Part shown: positions 21,201 through 29,630 of the stretch, piece by piece
Layout: each line of letters begins with the position of its first letter
How positions within the stretch are numbered: the first letter of the stretch is position 1
Origin: an uncultured Desulfospira sp.
GTDB taxonomy: Bacteria; Desulfobacterota; Desulfobacteria; Desulfobacterales; Desulfobacteraceae
NCBI GenBank assembly: GCA_963663165.1
Contig: OY760175.1
Location: 5,856,001 to 5,920,000 of the forward strand
Direction of reading: 5' to 3'
DNA length: 64,000 nucleotides
The notes under the pieces: model-generated
What the model was told of the DNA's origin: nothing
The model's input: the letters and a program-made list of their open reading frames with translations, nothing else
Database searches by the model: none
Program-made: the position numbers and the translations under genes

Positions 21201-22112
21201 TTCTCCCCGTATTCCTCCAAGTATATCGGGCGTAAGATCCAAAAGGGAAAGCTGGTGCTGGATTTGAATTACAACATTGACGGCAACACGCTCAATTCCA
21301 AAAACCGGCTGTTTATAGACCAGTTCACCCTTGGGGAGAAAACCGAGAGCAAGGATGCCACGTCCCTGCCGGTGGGGCTGGCCATCAGCCTGCTGAAAAA
21401 CAAAAAAGGGGAGATTGATCTGGACCTGCCCATCACCGGCAACCTGGACGACCCGGAATTCAGGTTTGGTTCTGTGGTCCTCAAGGTGATCACTAACCTT
21501 ATCGTCAAGGTGGTCACGGCCCCGTTTTCCATCCTCGGGGCCATGTTTGAAGGCGGGGAAGAGCTTGGCTATGTCGAGTTTGCCCACGGAAAGGCCGTTA
21601 TTGATGCCGAAAACACCCAAAAGCTTGATAAACTGATCACGGTCCTTACCGATAAACCGGAGCTGAACCTTGAAATTCAGGGGGTATTTGATGCCATTGA
21701 AGATGCCAGGGCCATGGCCCGGGCAGGGTTTGAACATCAGCTCAAAGCCCTTAAGGTCGAAAAAACAGGCGGATCCGTGGCCGACCTTGACGGCGTGGAA
21801 ATCCCTGACCAGGAAAAGGAAGCCCTGATTCTGGAAGCCTACGAAAAGGCAGGTTTTGCCAAACCCCAGGCCCAGGATGGAACTGAAAAGCAGCTGTCAA
21901 CCGAGGAAAAACAGGTGCTGCTGGTCTCCCATGTCATTGTCAATGAGGCGGATGTCAAAGCCCTGGCCATGGCCCGGGCCGAAGCCATCAAAAACTATAT
22001 TATTTCCATGGAAAAAGTGCCCAGGGAACGGCTGTTCCTGCTTGACCCGGTGGCGGCCGACGCCAAGGACAGTGATGGCCAGTCGGTCAAAGTTCAGTTT
22101 TCTTTTAAGTAG
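18270..22112 (+). CDS. DUF748/AsmA-like repeat protein with OmpA-like C-terminal region
   Basis: N-terminal TM, SINPF, repeated beta-rich units (..DGTLNL..), LPVGLAISLLKNKKGEIDLDLPITG, Ala/Pro/Lys-rich linkers. Confidence 0.85.
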   Translation: MTQEQKKKTLIIGGVSLVVLLVLYACTGFLIAPMLVKKLLPEKLGQALGRTVAVEDVSINPFLLNVEVVNFSVKKKQAPQEDFISFKRAFVDLSGKSLFKLAPVASQVTLEGPSAAIVLNPDQTFNFSDLMVPSEKEPAPENEEKKWFGFSVSNIQIIDGKILFSDKVRGTDHAVEDLDVDLPLISSFEKDLENPVNLDVSLLLNQAKITLGLESRPFSADLETRLTLAVSAMDLTHYLNYVPVPEAIAVKSLNFGCDIQGDFVQTDGTTRSLVLQGSAGLEQLSIQEKGGAEVLDLPKLSVKLNPSDLLKTQVNLESVILDAPRIRVGRDKNGTLNLISYLGLAEAAAKQKAENPENAPPSEPAEETAAPASDTPETVAQESATPDTAATPEAATKPAQPAGQASAAPSKAPAIALKLNQAKVQGMVISFTDQSNSHPFEMTINPLDIQVDQVRFDGTCATGDLGLSLKTGNNETITVKGQFASAPLTLDMDVAMADWDLTHYAPYYQDMVGFDLKGGTFKVAVGIKVAQDPDKADAPLNILVENKAFTLSALDIWDRVAKESPVKVPELTVTGSTVDVSSKKVNLGNIATSNGRLIIRRKSDGTLNLVSNLMGQPATAKPSSKSAKTDKTTGKSGKAAKSAGKGTGPESADWQVAIGSFDLGGYALSFQDKTTKTPVKLDLSDIAVKASDIGTAITSKGAVEAGMTWNKKGKIKAKGDFILPELKSNLNLDLTQIDIKPLEPYFTEAIKISITSGFINTKGKVSLDLNKKPEPAISFKGESSLNNFLSLDKATSNDFFKCNSLSFSGVDVSMSPMKINIKGISLTDFYSRLILSKDGQLNVKQVFMQEDEAATADAEAGAKAKTAKTAQSAKPAPKAPAGGSAGPEINVDNITLTGGHIEFSDYFNKPNFTSNMKEITGSVNGLSSMDSSNPAQVGLKGVHGDSSPLVISGRISPLTQKKFVDLNVSFKDIELAKFSPYSSKYIGRKIQKGKLVLDLNYNIDGNTLNSKNRLFIDQFTLGEKTESKDATSLPVGLAISLLKNKKGEIDLDLPITGNLDDPEFRFGSVVLKVITNLIVKVVTAPFSILGAMFEGGEELGYVEFAHGKAVIDAENTQKLDKLITVLTDKPELNLEIQGVFDAIEDARAMARAGFEHQLKALKVEKTGGSVADLDGVEIPDQEKEALILEAYEKAGFAKPQAQDGTEKQLSTEEKQVLLVSHVIVNEADVKALAMARAEAIKNYIISMEKVPRERLFLLDPVAADAKDSDGQSVKVQFSFK

Positions 22113-22149
22113 GGCTTGAACGGAAAGTCACCCTTCTGATGCGCGGCAT

Positions 22150-22200
22150 AAAAAATGGCAATCTTCACAACCGCAAGGTTGTTCCGGTTGCCATTTTCTT
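22150..22200. terminator. Probable bidirectional intrinsic terminator
   Basis: AAAATGGCAA...ACAACC-GCAA-GGTTGT...TTGCCATTTT hairpin between convergent genes. Confidence 0.6.
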
Positions 22201-22245
22201 AAAGAAGGCCATAAGGGGAGGTGCCGCTGGTTTCCCGGGTTTTTC

Positions 22246-23739
22246 CTATCCGGCCTGCCAGGGCAGTGTCAGGGTGACAAGGGTGCCCTTCCTGGGCGCG
22301 CTTTGGATGTGAATGTCCCCGCCGCAGTTTAACAGCACCTGCTTTGCAAAACTGAGCCCGAGGCCTTTCCGGGTTCCGGGACTGCCGGTGGTGTAGGGAT
22401 CAAACACATGGGGCAGGTCATTGGGATCAATTCCGCAGCCGGCATCGCTGATCCGGATTAAAATTCCCTTGTCCCGGACCTGGGTCGAAATACAGATGGT
22501 GCCGTCATTATCGGCGGCTTCAAATCCGTTTTGAATCACTGCGGCCAGGGCGGCTTTAAAATTTTTTTCGGGAAGGGATATCTCAGGGATCTCCCCAAAG
22601 TCCAGCTGGATATCCATATTCTGATCAAATTCCCGGCGGACTTCATCTGCCGCCTGCCCGATGATCTGATTTAAGTCGGTTTGTGTGAACGGCTCCCGGA
22701 TGGATTCAATAAACCAGCGCATGTCCCAGACCCGCCCGGATATCCTGTCAATATCATGACCCGAGTCATCAATCCTGTCCCGGAAATTGGCTTGAAGATC
22801 AGAAAGGCTGTCCCGGGATTTGAGCGGGTCAAGCTCATTGATGATCTGCATGACCGTTTGCATTGAAAAAGCCGTATCCGGGATTTCGGTAATGGCATGG
22901 CAAGCCCGGGTGTAATTTTCCACGAGAGCGGTTATTTCCCGGGAACCCTCATCCATGGCATTCAGGTTGAGCCGGATCTGTTTTACGGAATCGTCCAGAT
23001 CGTTGATGCAGGCCGATGATATGCCGGCCATCATTAACGATTTTTTGGCCTCCCGCAATTCAAGCCTGGCGGCTTTCAGGGCATTGAGGGCCTTTTCCAG
23101 GCGGTCACTTTTCACCTGGCTCATTTTTTCCAGGCTTCGGTTGTACTTGGTCAGGTTGGTTTCCGCAACGATCCGCCGGGCGATTTCTTCGTTCAGCCGG
23201 TCGTTTTTATCTTTGATTTCCTCTTTTTTTTGTTCCAGCTCATTTAAATGCCGGTAGGACCGGAACGCCGTGGTGATGGTGGTAAACAGCTTCTGGCTGG
23301 TCAGTTCGGTTTTTTCTTTGTAATCGTTAATGTCGTAATTGAGGATAATATCTTTTTCCGGGGCTTTCCCGGGCTGGCCGGTCCTGAGGATGATCCTGAT
23401 TTTCCGGTTCCCGGCTTCCTTGCGGATGAATTTGACCACTTCAAGTCCGGCATCGTCGGATTCCATGACCACATCGAGCAGGATGCAGGCAATATCCGGG
23501 TTTTCCCGGATAATCTCTTTGGCCTCTTCTCCCGAAAATGCCGATAAAAATTGGATCCCTCCCCCGTCATACTCATAATCCGACAGCACCAGCCTTGTCA
23601 TGGCGTGAACTTCGTCATCGTCATCGGCTATGAGCAGCTTATAATACCCGGTTGGCTTGCTGCCCCCTAAAGGGGAGTCCGCGGCAAAGGAGAGGAAATC
23701 ATCGGATGATAGATGGTTGCTTTCCATGTAATTTTCCAA
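22246..23739 (-). CDS. Receiver domain + coiled coil + HATPase protein with degenerate H-box
   Basis: LIADDD, LLDVVME, LRTGQPG, DINDYKEK receiver; QNGFEA, DAGCGI, GLGLS ATPase motifs; no His at the expected H-box. Confidence 0.8.
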   Translation of the reverse strand: MENYMESNHLSSDDFLSFAADSPLGGSKPTGYYKLLIADDDDEVHAMTRLVLSDYEYDGGGIQFLSAFSGEEAKEIIRENPDIACILLDVVMESDDAGLEVVKFIRKEAGNRKIRIILRTGQPGKAPEKDIILNYDINDYKEKTELTSQKLFTTITTAFRSYRHLNELEQKKEEIKDKNDRLNEEIARRIVAETNLTKYNRSLEKMSQVKSDRLEKALNALKAARLELREAKKSLMMAGISSACINDLDDSVKQIRLNLNAMDEGSREITALVENYTRACHAITEIPDTAFSMQTVMQIINELDPLKSRDSLSDLQANFRDRIDDSGHDIDRISGRVWDMRWFIESIREPFTQTDLNQIIGQAADEVRREFDQNMDIQLDFGEIPEISLPEKNFKAALAAVIQNGFEAADNDGTICISTQVRDKGILIRISDAGCGIDPNDLPHVFDPYTTGSPGTRKGLGLSFAKQVLLNCGGDIHIQSAPRKGTLVTLTLPWQAG

Positions 23740-23832
23740 AGGTCAATCGTTACGCCCTTAAGGCTTGTCCAGTCCGGTTTATGAATCATATTCAATTTAA
23801 TGGGGGTTGTCAAACCGGCTAAAGAACGGTGT

Positions 23833-24282
23833 TCAAGGCTTAAAGCGGGCCACCGGGTGCTGGCCGGCCAGACCGGCCAGGGCGGTTTGCCAAGCTTTCA
23901 GGGTTTTAAAATAAAGCAGGTGAGAGTCACAGGCGCAGTCTGAACAGCCAAACCCTGTAACTTTACCTGAGGCAGTTCGGGCTAAAAGGCCGGCCCATGT
24001 GTGCTCAAGTTTTTCCCCGGGACCTGATACCCAGATGTCCCTGACGGGCTGGTCAAGGTAATCCAAATGCCAGTGCCGCCGGACTTTGGCGGACAGATGG
24101 TGCCGGATTCTGGCCTTAAGCCCGCCCGGGCCAAAGGCACTGCCCACGTAGACGTAGTGCCCTTTTTTGAATTGGATTTTCCCCAACCGGCCCACGGGGA
24201 TGGTCCGGCCCCGGCCAAAGGTAATGACCACCAGATAGGTTCCCTTTGAAGATTCATGGGGCCGGTCATTTTTCCGGTTCAT
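23833..24282 (-). CDS. GIY-YIG/DUF123-family nuclease-like protein
   Basis: GTYLV...YVYVGSA...RIRHH...HWHLDYL...GFGCSDCACDSHL; ATG 24282 overlaps the end of the upstream gene. Confidence 0.85.
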   Translation of the reverse strand: MNRKNDRPHESSKGTYLVVITFGRGRTIPVGRLGKIQFKKGHYVYVGSAFGPGGLKARIRHHLSAKVRRHWHLDYLDQPVRDIWVSGPGEKLEHTWAGLLARTASGKVTGFGCSDCACDSHLLYFKTLKAWQTALAGLAGQHPVARFKP

Positions 24283-24748
24283 GGTGCACCACCACCGCAT
24301 CCGGGTCCCGTTCGGCAATCTTTTGTGCGATGGCCGCCGGCACGATTTCAAACCGCTGGTTACACCGGACAACGGCCAGGGTTCCTTTGGAAAGTTTTTC
24401 GATCATTTCCTGGGTCACATAGAGTTTTTTTATTTTTTTGCCCACGACAAAATGATAGGGGTCTTCAAAATGGGGCTTGAGGGGGATCCGGTGTTCTTCA
24501 ACCACCTGTCTGGTCCAGGTCTCGATTTCAGCCGCCAGTTTCTCCTGGTTCAGCTGCCGGTTTTTTTCACGGTTGAGGGCTTCCTGGGCCAGCTTTTCCT
24601 GCCGGGTTTCATTGGGTTCGGATGGTACAGGCGCAAGGGATTTGTTTTTTTTCTTTTTACCGGCCCGCTTTTTGGCGGCGGCTTTTTTTACCTGTTTTTC
24701 ATTGACAAGCCCGGCCTTTAAAAGCTGCTCCTGAAATGATGTGCCCAT
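24266..24748 (-). CDS. DUF2058 (YaiL-like) protein
   Basis: Starts MGTSFQEQLLKAGLV; Lys-rich; KIKKLYV...AQKIAERD. Confidence 0.8.
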   Translation of the reverse strand: MGTSFQEQLLKAGLVNEKQVKKAAAKKRAGKKKKNKSLAPVPSEPNETRQEKLAQEALNREKNRQLNQEKLAAEIETWTRQVVEEHRIPLKPHFEDPYHFVVGKKIKKLYVTQEMIEKLSKGTLAVVRCNQRFEIVPAAIAQKIAERDPDAVVVHHEPEK

Positions 24749-24861
24749 GGTGCCCCCCTGGTGATGGATGTGATAAAAATCGGTCAAAATCACGGGCAAT
24801 ATATCAAAATCTGCCCCGGTTCTTAAAGGGATTTTTCTGATGGGTTAAGTTAGGCTGGCTT

Positions 24862-24897
24862 GTGGACAACGTGGACCGGGGTGGACAGGGTGGACGG
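24862..24897 (+). repeat. Short tandem GTGGAC repeats (4 copies, 9-10 bp period)
   Basis: GTGGACAAC GTGGACCGGG GTGGACAGG GTGGACGG. Confidence 0.6.
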
Positions 24898-25119
24898 CCG
24901 CACCCTGCGCTTGCTCTAAACAATCATTCAAGCAAACGCAGGATTAAGGGCAAGTGCAAGAAATCCCGCACCTACCCTACCGCTCAAACCAGGGAACTTG
25001 ACGGTTTCGGTCTCCCGTCCTCCGGTTTCCTTTTTATATATTATTATCCTTACCATCAAAACTGACATCACCCCGGGGCAAATTCCATGCGATCCCGCTG
25101 AGGGGGGCCGTGAAACCGG

Positions 25120-25148
25120 TTGACATTCATATCCAAAGTGCCAATAAT
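25120..25148 (+). promoter_or_regulatory. sigma70-type promoter
   Basis: TTGACA-17 bp-AATAAT, about 45 bp before ATG 25194. Confidence 0.65.
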
Positions 25149-25193
25149 TCCTAAGTTTAATTTGGCTGTGCAAGAAAGGTAAAAAAGCAAGCA

Positions 25194-25916
25194 ATGAAAC
25201 CCTTGGTCATCCTTAAAGCCGGGGACACCTTCCCGGATTTAATTGAACCGTTCAATGATTTCGAAACCTGGATCGAAACCGGGCTGGAACTGGGCACAAG
25301 GCCGGTTGAGGTGGTCGATGCCCGGACCGCTGAAACCCTGCCGGCCCCCGGTCAAATACAGGGCGCTGTCATTTCCGGGTCCCACGCCTATGTCACCGAT
25401 GGCCTTGACTGGAGCCTAAAGCTGGAAGCCTGGACCCGGGAACTGGTCCGCTGCCGGGTGCCGGTTCTGGGTATCTGCTACGGCCATCAGATTTTAGGCA
25501 AAGCCCTGGGCGGGACAGTGGATTTTCATCCCGTAAGCCTTGAAATCGGTACCCGGGATATAGCGCTGACCCGTTCTGCAACAGGTGATCCCCTGTTCCA
25601 GGGGCTGCCCCGGCAGTTTAAAGCCCATGTCTTTCATTCCCAGTCGGTGACCGTTTTACCCCCTGAAGCGATCCTGTTGGCCAAAAATTCATTTGAGCCC
25701 CACCAGGCCTTCCGGGTGGGGGACAATGCCTGGGGGGTCCAGTTCCACCCCGAAGCCTTTGCCGCCATTACCAAAGGATATATTCAACATCTGGAAGCCG
25801 ATGTCCGGGCATCGGGCCAGGACCCGGATACCCTCATTGATCAGTTGGAAGAGACCCCTTTTGCGGCGTCCATTTTAAAGCGGTTTTCCAGCCTGGTTTC
25901 TGGATACAGACAATAG
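25194..25916 (+). CDS. Class I glutamine amidotransferase-like protein
   Basis: ISGS, LGICYGHQ (catalytic Cys), GVQFHPE (His-Glu). Confidence 0.9.
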   Translation: MKPLVILKAGDTFPDLIEPFNDFETWIETGLELGTRPVEVVDARTAETLPAPGQIQGAVISGSHAYVTDGLDWSLKLEAWTRELVRCRVPVLGICYGHQILGKALGGTVDFHPVSLEIGTRDIALTRSATGDPLFQGLPRQFKAHVFHSQSVTVLPPEAILLAKNSFEPHQAFRVGDNAWGVQFHPEAFAAITKGYIQHLEADVRASGQDPDTLIDQLEETPFAASILKRFSSLVSGYRQ

Positions 25917-25921
25917 ATGCC

Positions 25922-27169
25922 ATGAAGTCTTCTTCCGGTGCCGGCATCCGGCGGACCACCGTCCTGAGAATTTTTCTGCCCTTTACCTTTGGGTATTTTT
26001 TGTCCTACGTGTTCCGGGTGGTCAATGCCGTCATTGCCCCTGACATTGCCCAGGACCTTGGCATTGGCCCGGCCGATTTAGGGCTGGTGACATCGTCTTA
26101 CTTCATTTCTTTTGCGGCGGCCCAGCTGCCTTTGGGGATTTTTCTGGACCGGCTCGGGCCCCGGGTGGTGGAATCCTTTCTGCTCTTGTTTGCCGGGGCT
26201 GGGGCCGTTATTTTTGCGGTGTCGGACAGCCTGACCGGGCTGATTCTGGGCCGGGGCCTTATCGGGTTCGGGGTATCGGCCTGCCTGATGGCGGCCTTTA
26301 AAAATTATGTGATCTGGTTTCCTTCAAAGATTCTGGCCCGGGTCAATGGATTTCAGGTGGCCTCAGGCGGGATGGGTGCCCTGGCTGCGGCAAGCCCGGT
26401 GGAGTGGGCCTTGAGCGTAACCGGATGGCGGGGCTTGTTTTGGGGCCTGGCGATCTTGTCCTTTGGGATTGCAGCCCTTATTTTCCTGGTGGTGCCCGAA
26501 TCCCCGGATAAAAAATCTCCGGAAAGCCTTTCAGACCAGATCCGGGGTATTGTCACGGTTTTCAAAAGTCCGGTGTTCTGGCGGATCACCCCGCTGGCCA
26601 CCCTGTCCCTGGCCGGGTATGCCTCCCTTCAGGGACTTTGGGCCGGTCCCTGGCTCAGGGATGTGGCAGGCCTTGGCCGCCAGGACGTGGCTGCGGCCCT
26701 GTCTGTATCCGCCCTGGCCATGATTGCCGGCTATATTCTCTCAGGATATTTGGCAGAACGGCTTTCCAGGCGCAACATCCCGGTCATGAAAACCGCTGCC
26801 GCCGGCATGGCCGGATCCATGTTGGTTCTTTCGGTTATTGCCTTTGACCTGCCCGTTTCGCCGTGGATCATCATGGGATTTTTCGGCTTTTTCGGCACCA
26901 TGGGGATTCTGGCTTATACTTCCCTTACCCTTGCTTTTCCGCCCGCTCTTTCAGGGCGGGCCACCACCGGGCTGAACATGCTGGTGTTTGCCGGGGCCTT
27001 TGCCGTCCAGTGGGCCATCGGTATAGTCATTAACCTGTGGGAGGTTTCAGCCGGCAACACTTATGACCCGGCCGGATACCGGGCCGCATTTTCAGGGCTT
27101 CTCTTTTGCCAGGCAGCGGCGTTGATCTGGTTTTGGATTTCAGGCAGGCGGCCAGATCAGAGGGCTTAA
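25922..27169 (+). CDS. MFS transporter
   Basis: About 12 hydrophobic segments; motif A-like GIFLDRLGPR. Confidence 0.9.
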   Translation: MKSSSGAGIRRTTVLRIFLPFTFGYFLSYVFRVVNAVIAPDIAQDLGIGPADLGLVTSSYFISFAAAQLPLGIFLDRLGPRVVESFLLLFAGAGAVIFAVSDSLTGLILGRGLIGFGVSACLMAAFKNYVIWFPSKILARVNGFQVASGGMGALAAASPVEWALSVTGWRGLFWGLAILSFGIAALIFLVVPESPDKKSPESLSDQIRGIVTVFKSPVFWRITPLATLSLAGYASLQGLWAGPWLRDVAGLGRQDVAAALSVSALAMIAGYILSGYLAERLSRRNIPVMKTAAAGMAGSMLVLSVIAFDLPVSPWIIMGFFGFFGTMGILAYTSLTLAFPPALSGRATTGLNMLVFAGAFAVQWAIGIVINLWEVSAGNTYDPAGYRAAFSGLLFCQAAALIWFWISGRRPDQRA

Positions 27170-27551
27170 CCTTTGCCCGGATGCTGACCAAAAGGTTGGC
27201 CAGGATAACCGCCACCACCAGGCCGAATACGAGCCAGGCCCTTGAGGTGAATGACGCCTTGCCGGCCCAGGCCGCATAGGCATAGGGAAGGATGGTATTC
27301 ACCAGGAGGATGCCGCCCCAGATGAATACCGCTTTGATATTCATGGCCTTTCGCCGGGCCATGGAATTGACAAATTGGGACAGGCTCAGGATATAAAGGG
27401 GAACCGTTGCCATGTCCAGAAACAAAAACAGATACGGATTGATGTTATGGTTCCTGGCCAGATCACAGAAAAGCCAGAATTTGGCCAGATCATACCCCCA
27501 CAACAACAGCATGGCCTTGATCTGGTGATTCCGTGTAATGTTGAAAGCCAT
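27030..27551 (-). CDS. Hypothetical membrane protein, last gene of the ligase/psd/lgt-like operon
   Basis: ATG overlaps the TAA of the upstream gene at 27551; about 4 hydrophobic segments; 3' end overlaps the convergent MFS gene. Confidence 0.7.
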   Translation of the reverse strand: MAFNITRNHQIKAMLLLWGYDLAKFWLFCDLARNHNINPYLFLFLDMATVPLYILSLSQFVNSMARRKAMNIKAVFIWGGILLVNTILPYAYAAWAGKASFTSRAWLVFGLVVAVILANLLVSIRAKVKPSDLAACLKSKTRSTPLPGKREALKMRPGIRPGHKCCRLKPPTG

Positions 27552-28600
27552 TAAATTTTGTCCCTGACCACGTTAAAGCGGATCACTGCATCGGTGACGG
27601 TGCTGCGGCCCGAATGCCAGAAACCCGCAAGCCAGACCAGCTGGATAAACAGCAGGACTCCCGGATCCCAGATGGACTTGATCCCCTTGCCAAGGTCCAT
27701 GGTGACCAGGCCCAAAGGGAGCAAAAAGGCCAGGACACAGGAATAGGCAATGGCCCCTAAGGCCATGTACTGGTACATGGAAAATTTAAGTTCGCCTCTG
27801 AAATCGGCCCTGAAAAACTCCGATATCACCCGCCAGGCCTGGGTAATGATCAGGGTTTCAAGGAAGGCCGCCCGGATAGACCCCTCTAAGAAAAGCCAGG
27901 TGCCCACCAGCGCCGACATCCCGTAAATCATGGAGGTAATCATCTGGATGGGAATCATCTTTTCCCCGTCAAGCCCCGAGGCATAGGCAATCTTCTTGGT
28001 CTTTCCCGTGAACACCACATAGAATTTTGAGAACAGGCGGCGGGTAAAGGGGGCGCATTCCTTTAAGGGTTTTCCGTAGCAGCAGCCAAAGCTCAGGCAT
28101 GCCAGCCGTCCCAGGGACTCCCCATAGGCATAGGCAATGGACACCGCGGCCAGCATGACAAATACATCAACACAAAACCCCATGAGCCGTCCGGCGGTCT
28201 GATTGACCAGAAGGATAATAAAGGGGCCGGCGATGGTCCCCACAAACACCGCCCCCCCAACGGTCAGGGTGGCCTGCTTTTTTTCCACGATCCCTGCCAC
28301 AATTTTGGAGGCCGGAATGGTAACGGCCAGAAACAAACCTGTTAATATCAGCAGGGCGGACACGGGAATCCCGGCCCCAACGGCCAGAACCAGTAACATG
28401 GCCACACTGAAGGCATAGGCAGCAGCCGACAGCAGGCCGTACCAGGTCAGGTTCAGACCCTGCCAGGACCCGTTGCCGTTTTTTCTTAAAGGAACCGCGG
28501 CCGCCATCTGCCATTCTTCCCCGGGCAGATATTTAAACCCCCAGCCCAGCACCAGCACCATAAAAATTCCCAGCCCGAGAACAAATAAAAAAGATTCCAC
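27551..28600 (-). CDS. Divergent prolipoprotein diacylglyceryl transferase (Lgt)-like membrane protein
   Basis: WYG, GESLGRLACLSFGCCYGKP, PIQ, WRVISEFFRAD; polytopic; the canonical HGG reads VGG. Confidence 0.75.
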   Translation of the reverse strand: MESFLFVLGLGIFMVLVLGWGFKYLPGEEWQMAAAVPLRKNGNGSWQGLNLTWYGLLSAAAYAFSVAMLLVLAVGAGIPVSALLILTGLFLAVTIPASKIVAGIVEKKQATLTVGGAVFVGTIAGPFIILLVNQTAGRLMGFCVDVFVMLAAVSIAYAYGESLGRLACLSFGCCYGKPLKECAPFTRRLFSKFYVVFTGKTKKIAYASGLDGEKMIPIQMITSMIYGMSALVGTWLFLEGSIRAAFLETLIITQAWRVISEFFRADFRGELKFSMYQYMALGAIAYSCVLAFLLPLGLVTMDLGKGIKSIWDPGVLLFIQLVWLAGFWHSGRSTVTDAVIRFNVVRDKI

Positions 28601-28619
28601 GTTATCCCCCCGTTTAATA

Positions 28620-29630
28620 TCATCTCGCCTGGGCGTTCGCCTGGGCGATCTCGGATCTCACCTTGACCTGTGTTTCCACCAAAGGCCGCCCAAAGCCTAC
28701 GGAAAAGCGGCTTTGGGCGTCTGTTCTGGCCATATTTTCCAGAATATCCCTTGAAACGGCCACCTTTTCCTTTTGAAACATCAGGATGGTGGTGGAACTG
28801 CCCGGCTTAAAAAGGCTTTTGGGCTGGCCTTTTTTTAAAAACAGCCCCGGGGAGACCTCAACCGGATCATGGTACCCCTGATCAGAATAGCACTGGACAA
28901 TGTTGCCGATCATCAATGCCACCACCTCCACCATGGCCACAAGCCCGATGCCGTCGCCGCCGTCCACATCCGTATCAATAATGGTCACCACCCGCCGGTT
29001 TTTGGAGCAGGGGGTCACCATCCGGACAACGGCCCCGGGATTGCAGGAGTGAAAACGGCCGTCAATTTCATATATATCCAGCACCCTGCCGGATACGGGC
29101 ACATGGTTGTAATGGTACTTGTCCGGGGTCAGCCTGAAAATGGCAAAATCTCCGTCTTCAAAGGCCCAGAGCCAGTCCGGCCGGTCCGTCCCGATGAGTT
29201 CTTTAAACTCGAAAAATTTTTCTTTTATCCGGATGGGGCTGTTCTCTTTGAATGATCCGGCCAGGACCATGGCGTCGGCAGGGGACACCACCGCTCGCTT
29301 GTCCTCCGGCATGGGCCGAAGTTCCTCAAAGCGGATTTGCCGCTCAAACACCTTTCGAAATGAGGTCAGCTCATTTAAGGCCCCCCGGATCTCACTTAAA
29401 TCAATCCCATGGGTTTTCAAAAAAGAATGGGGATGGACCGGCGGTGTTCTGAACCTGAAGTCATAATTGAGCGCTCCCAAAAGGGCCGATGTGCGCGAAC
29501 ATGTCAGAAGGTTAAATAAGACCGGGGCCTTTTCCCTTATATCCGAATAAACCAGGCGGATAACCCGGTCTTTGAATAATTTTTCCGTAACCACACGACC
29601 GGTTTCCCGGTCAACAAACTGATGCGTCAT
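28620..29630 (-). CDS. psd: Phosphatidylserine decarboxylase-like (pyruvoyl) enzyme
   Basis: VSPAD, FRLTPDKYHYNHVP, NRRVV, VEVVALMIG, autocleavage-type site FKPGSST. Confidence 0.85.
   Translation of the reverse strand: MTHQFVDRETGRVVTEKLFKDRVIRLVYSDIREKAPVLFNLLTCSRTSALLGALNYDFRFRTPPVHPHSFLKTHGIDLSEIRGALNELTSFRKVFERQIRFEELRPMPEDKRAVVSPADAMVLAGSFKENSPIRIKEKFFEFKELIGTDRPDWLWAFEDGDFAIFRLTPDKYHYNHVPVSGRVLDIYEIDGRFHSCNPGAVVRMVTPCSKNRRVVTIIDTDVDGGDGIGLVAMVEVVALMIGNIVQCYSDQGYHDPVEVSPGLFLKKGQPKSLFKPGSSTTILMFQKEKVAVSRDILENMARTDAQSRFSVGFGRPLVETQVKVRSEIAQANAQAR

Noticed and set aside
23833..24282. GIY-YIG protein as a homing endonuclease or defence system
   Set aside because: Stand-alone DUF123-type protein coupled to DUF2058; no intron, methylase or defence partners
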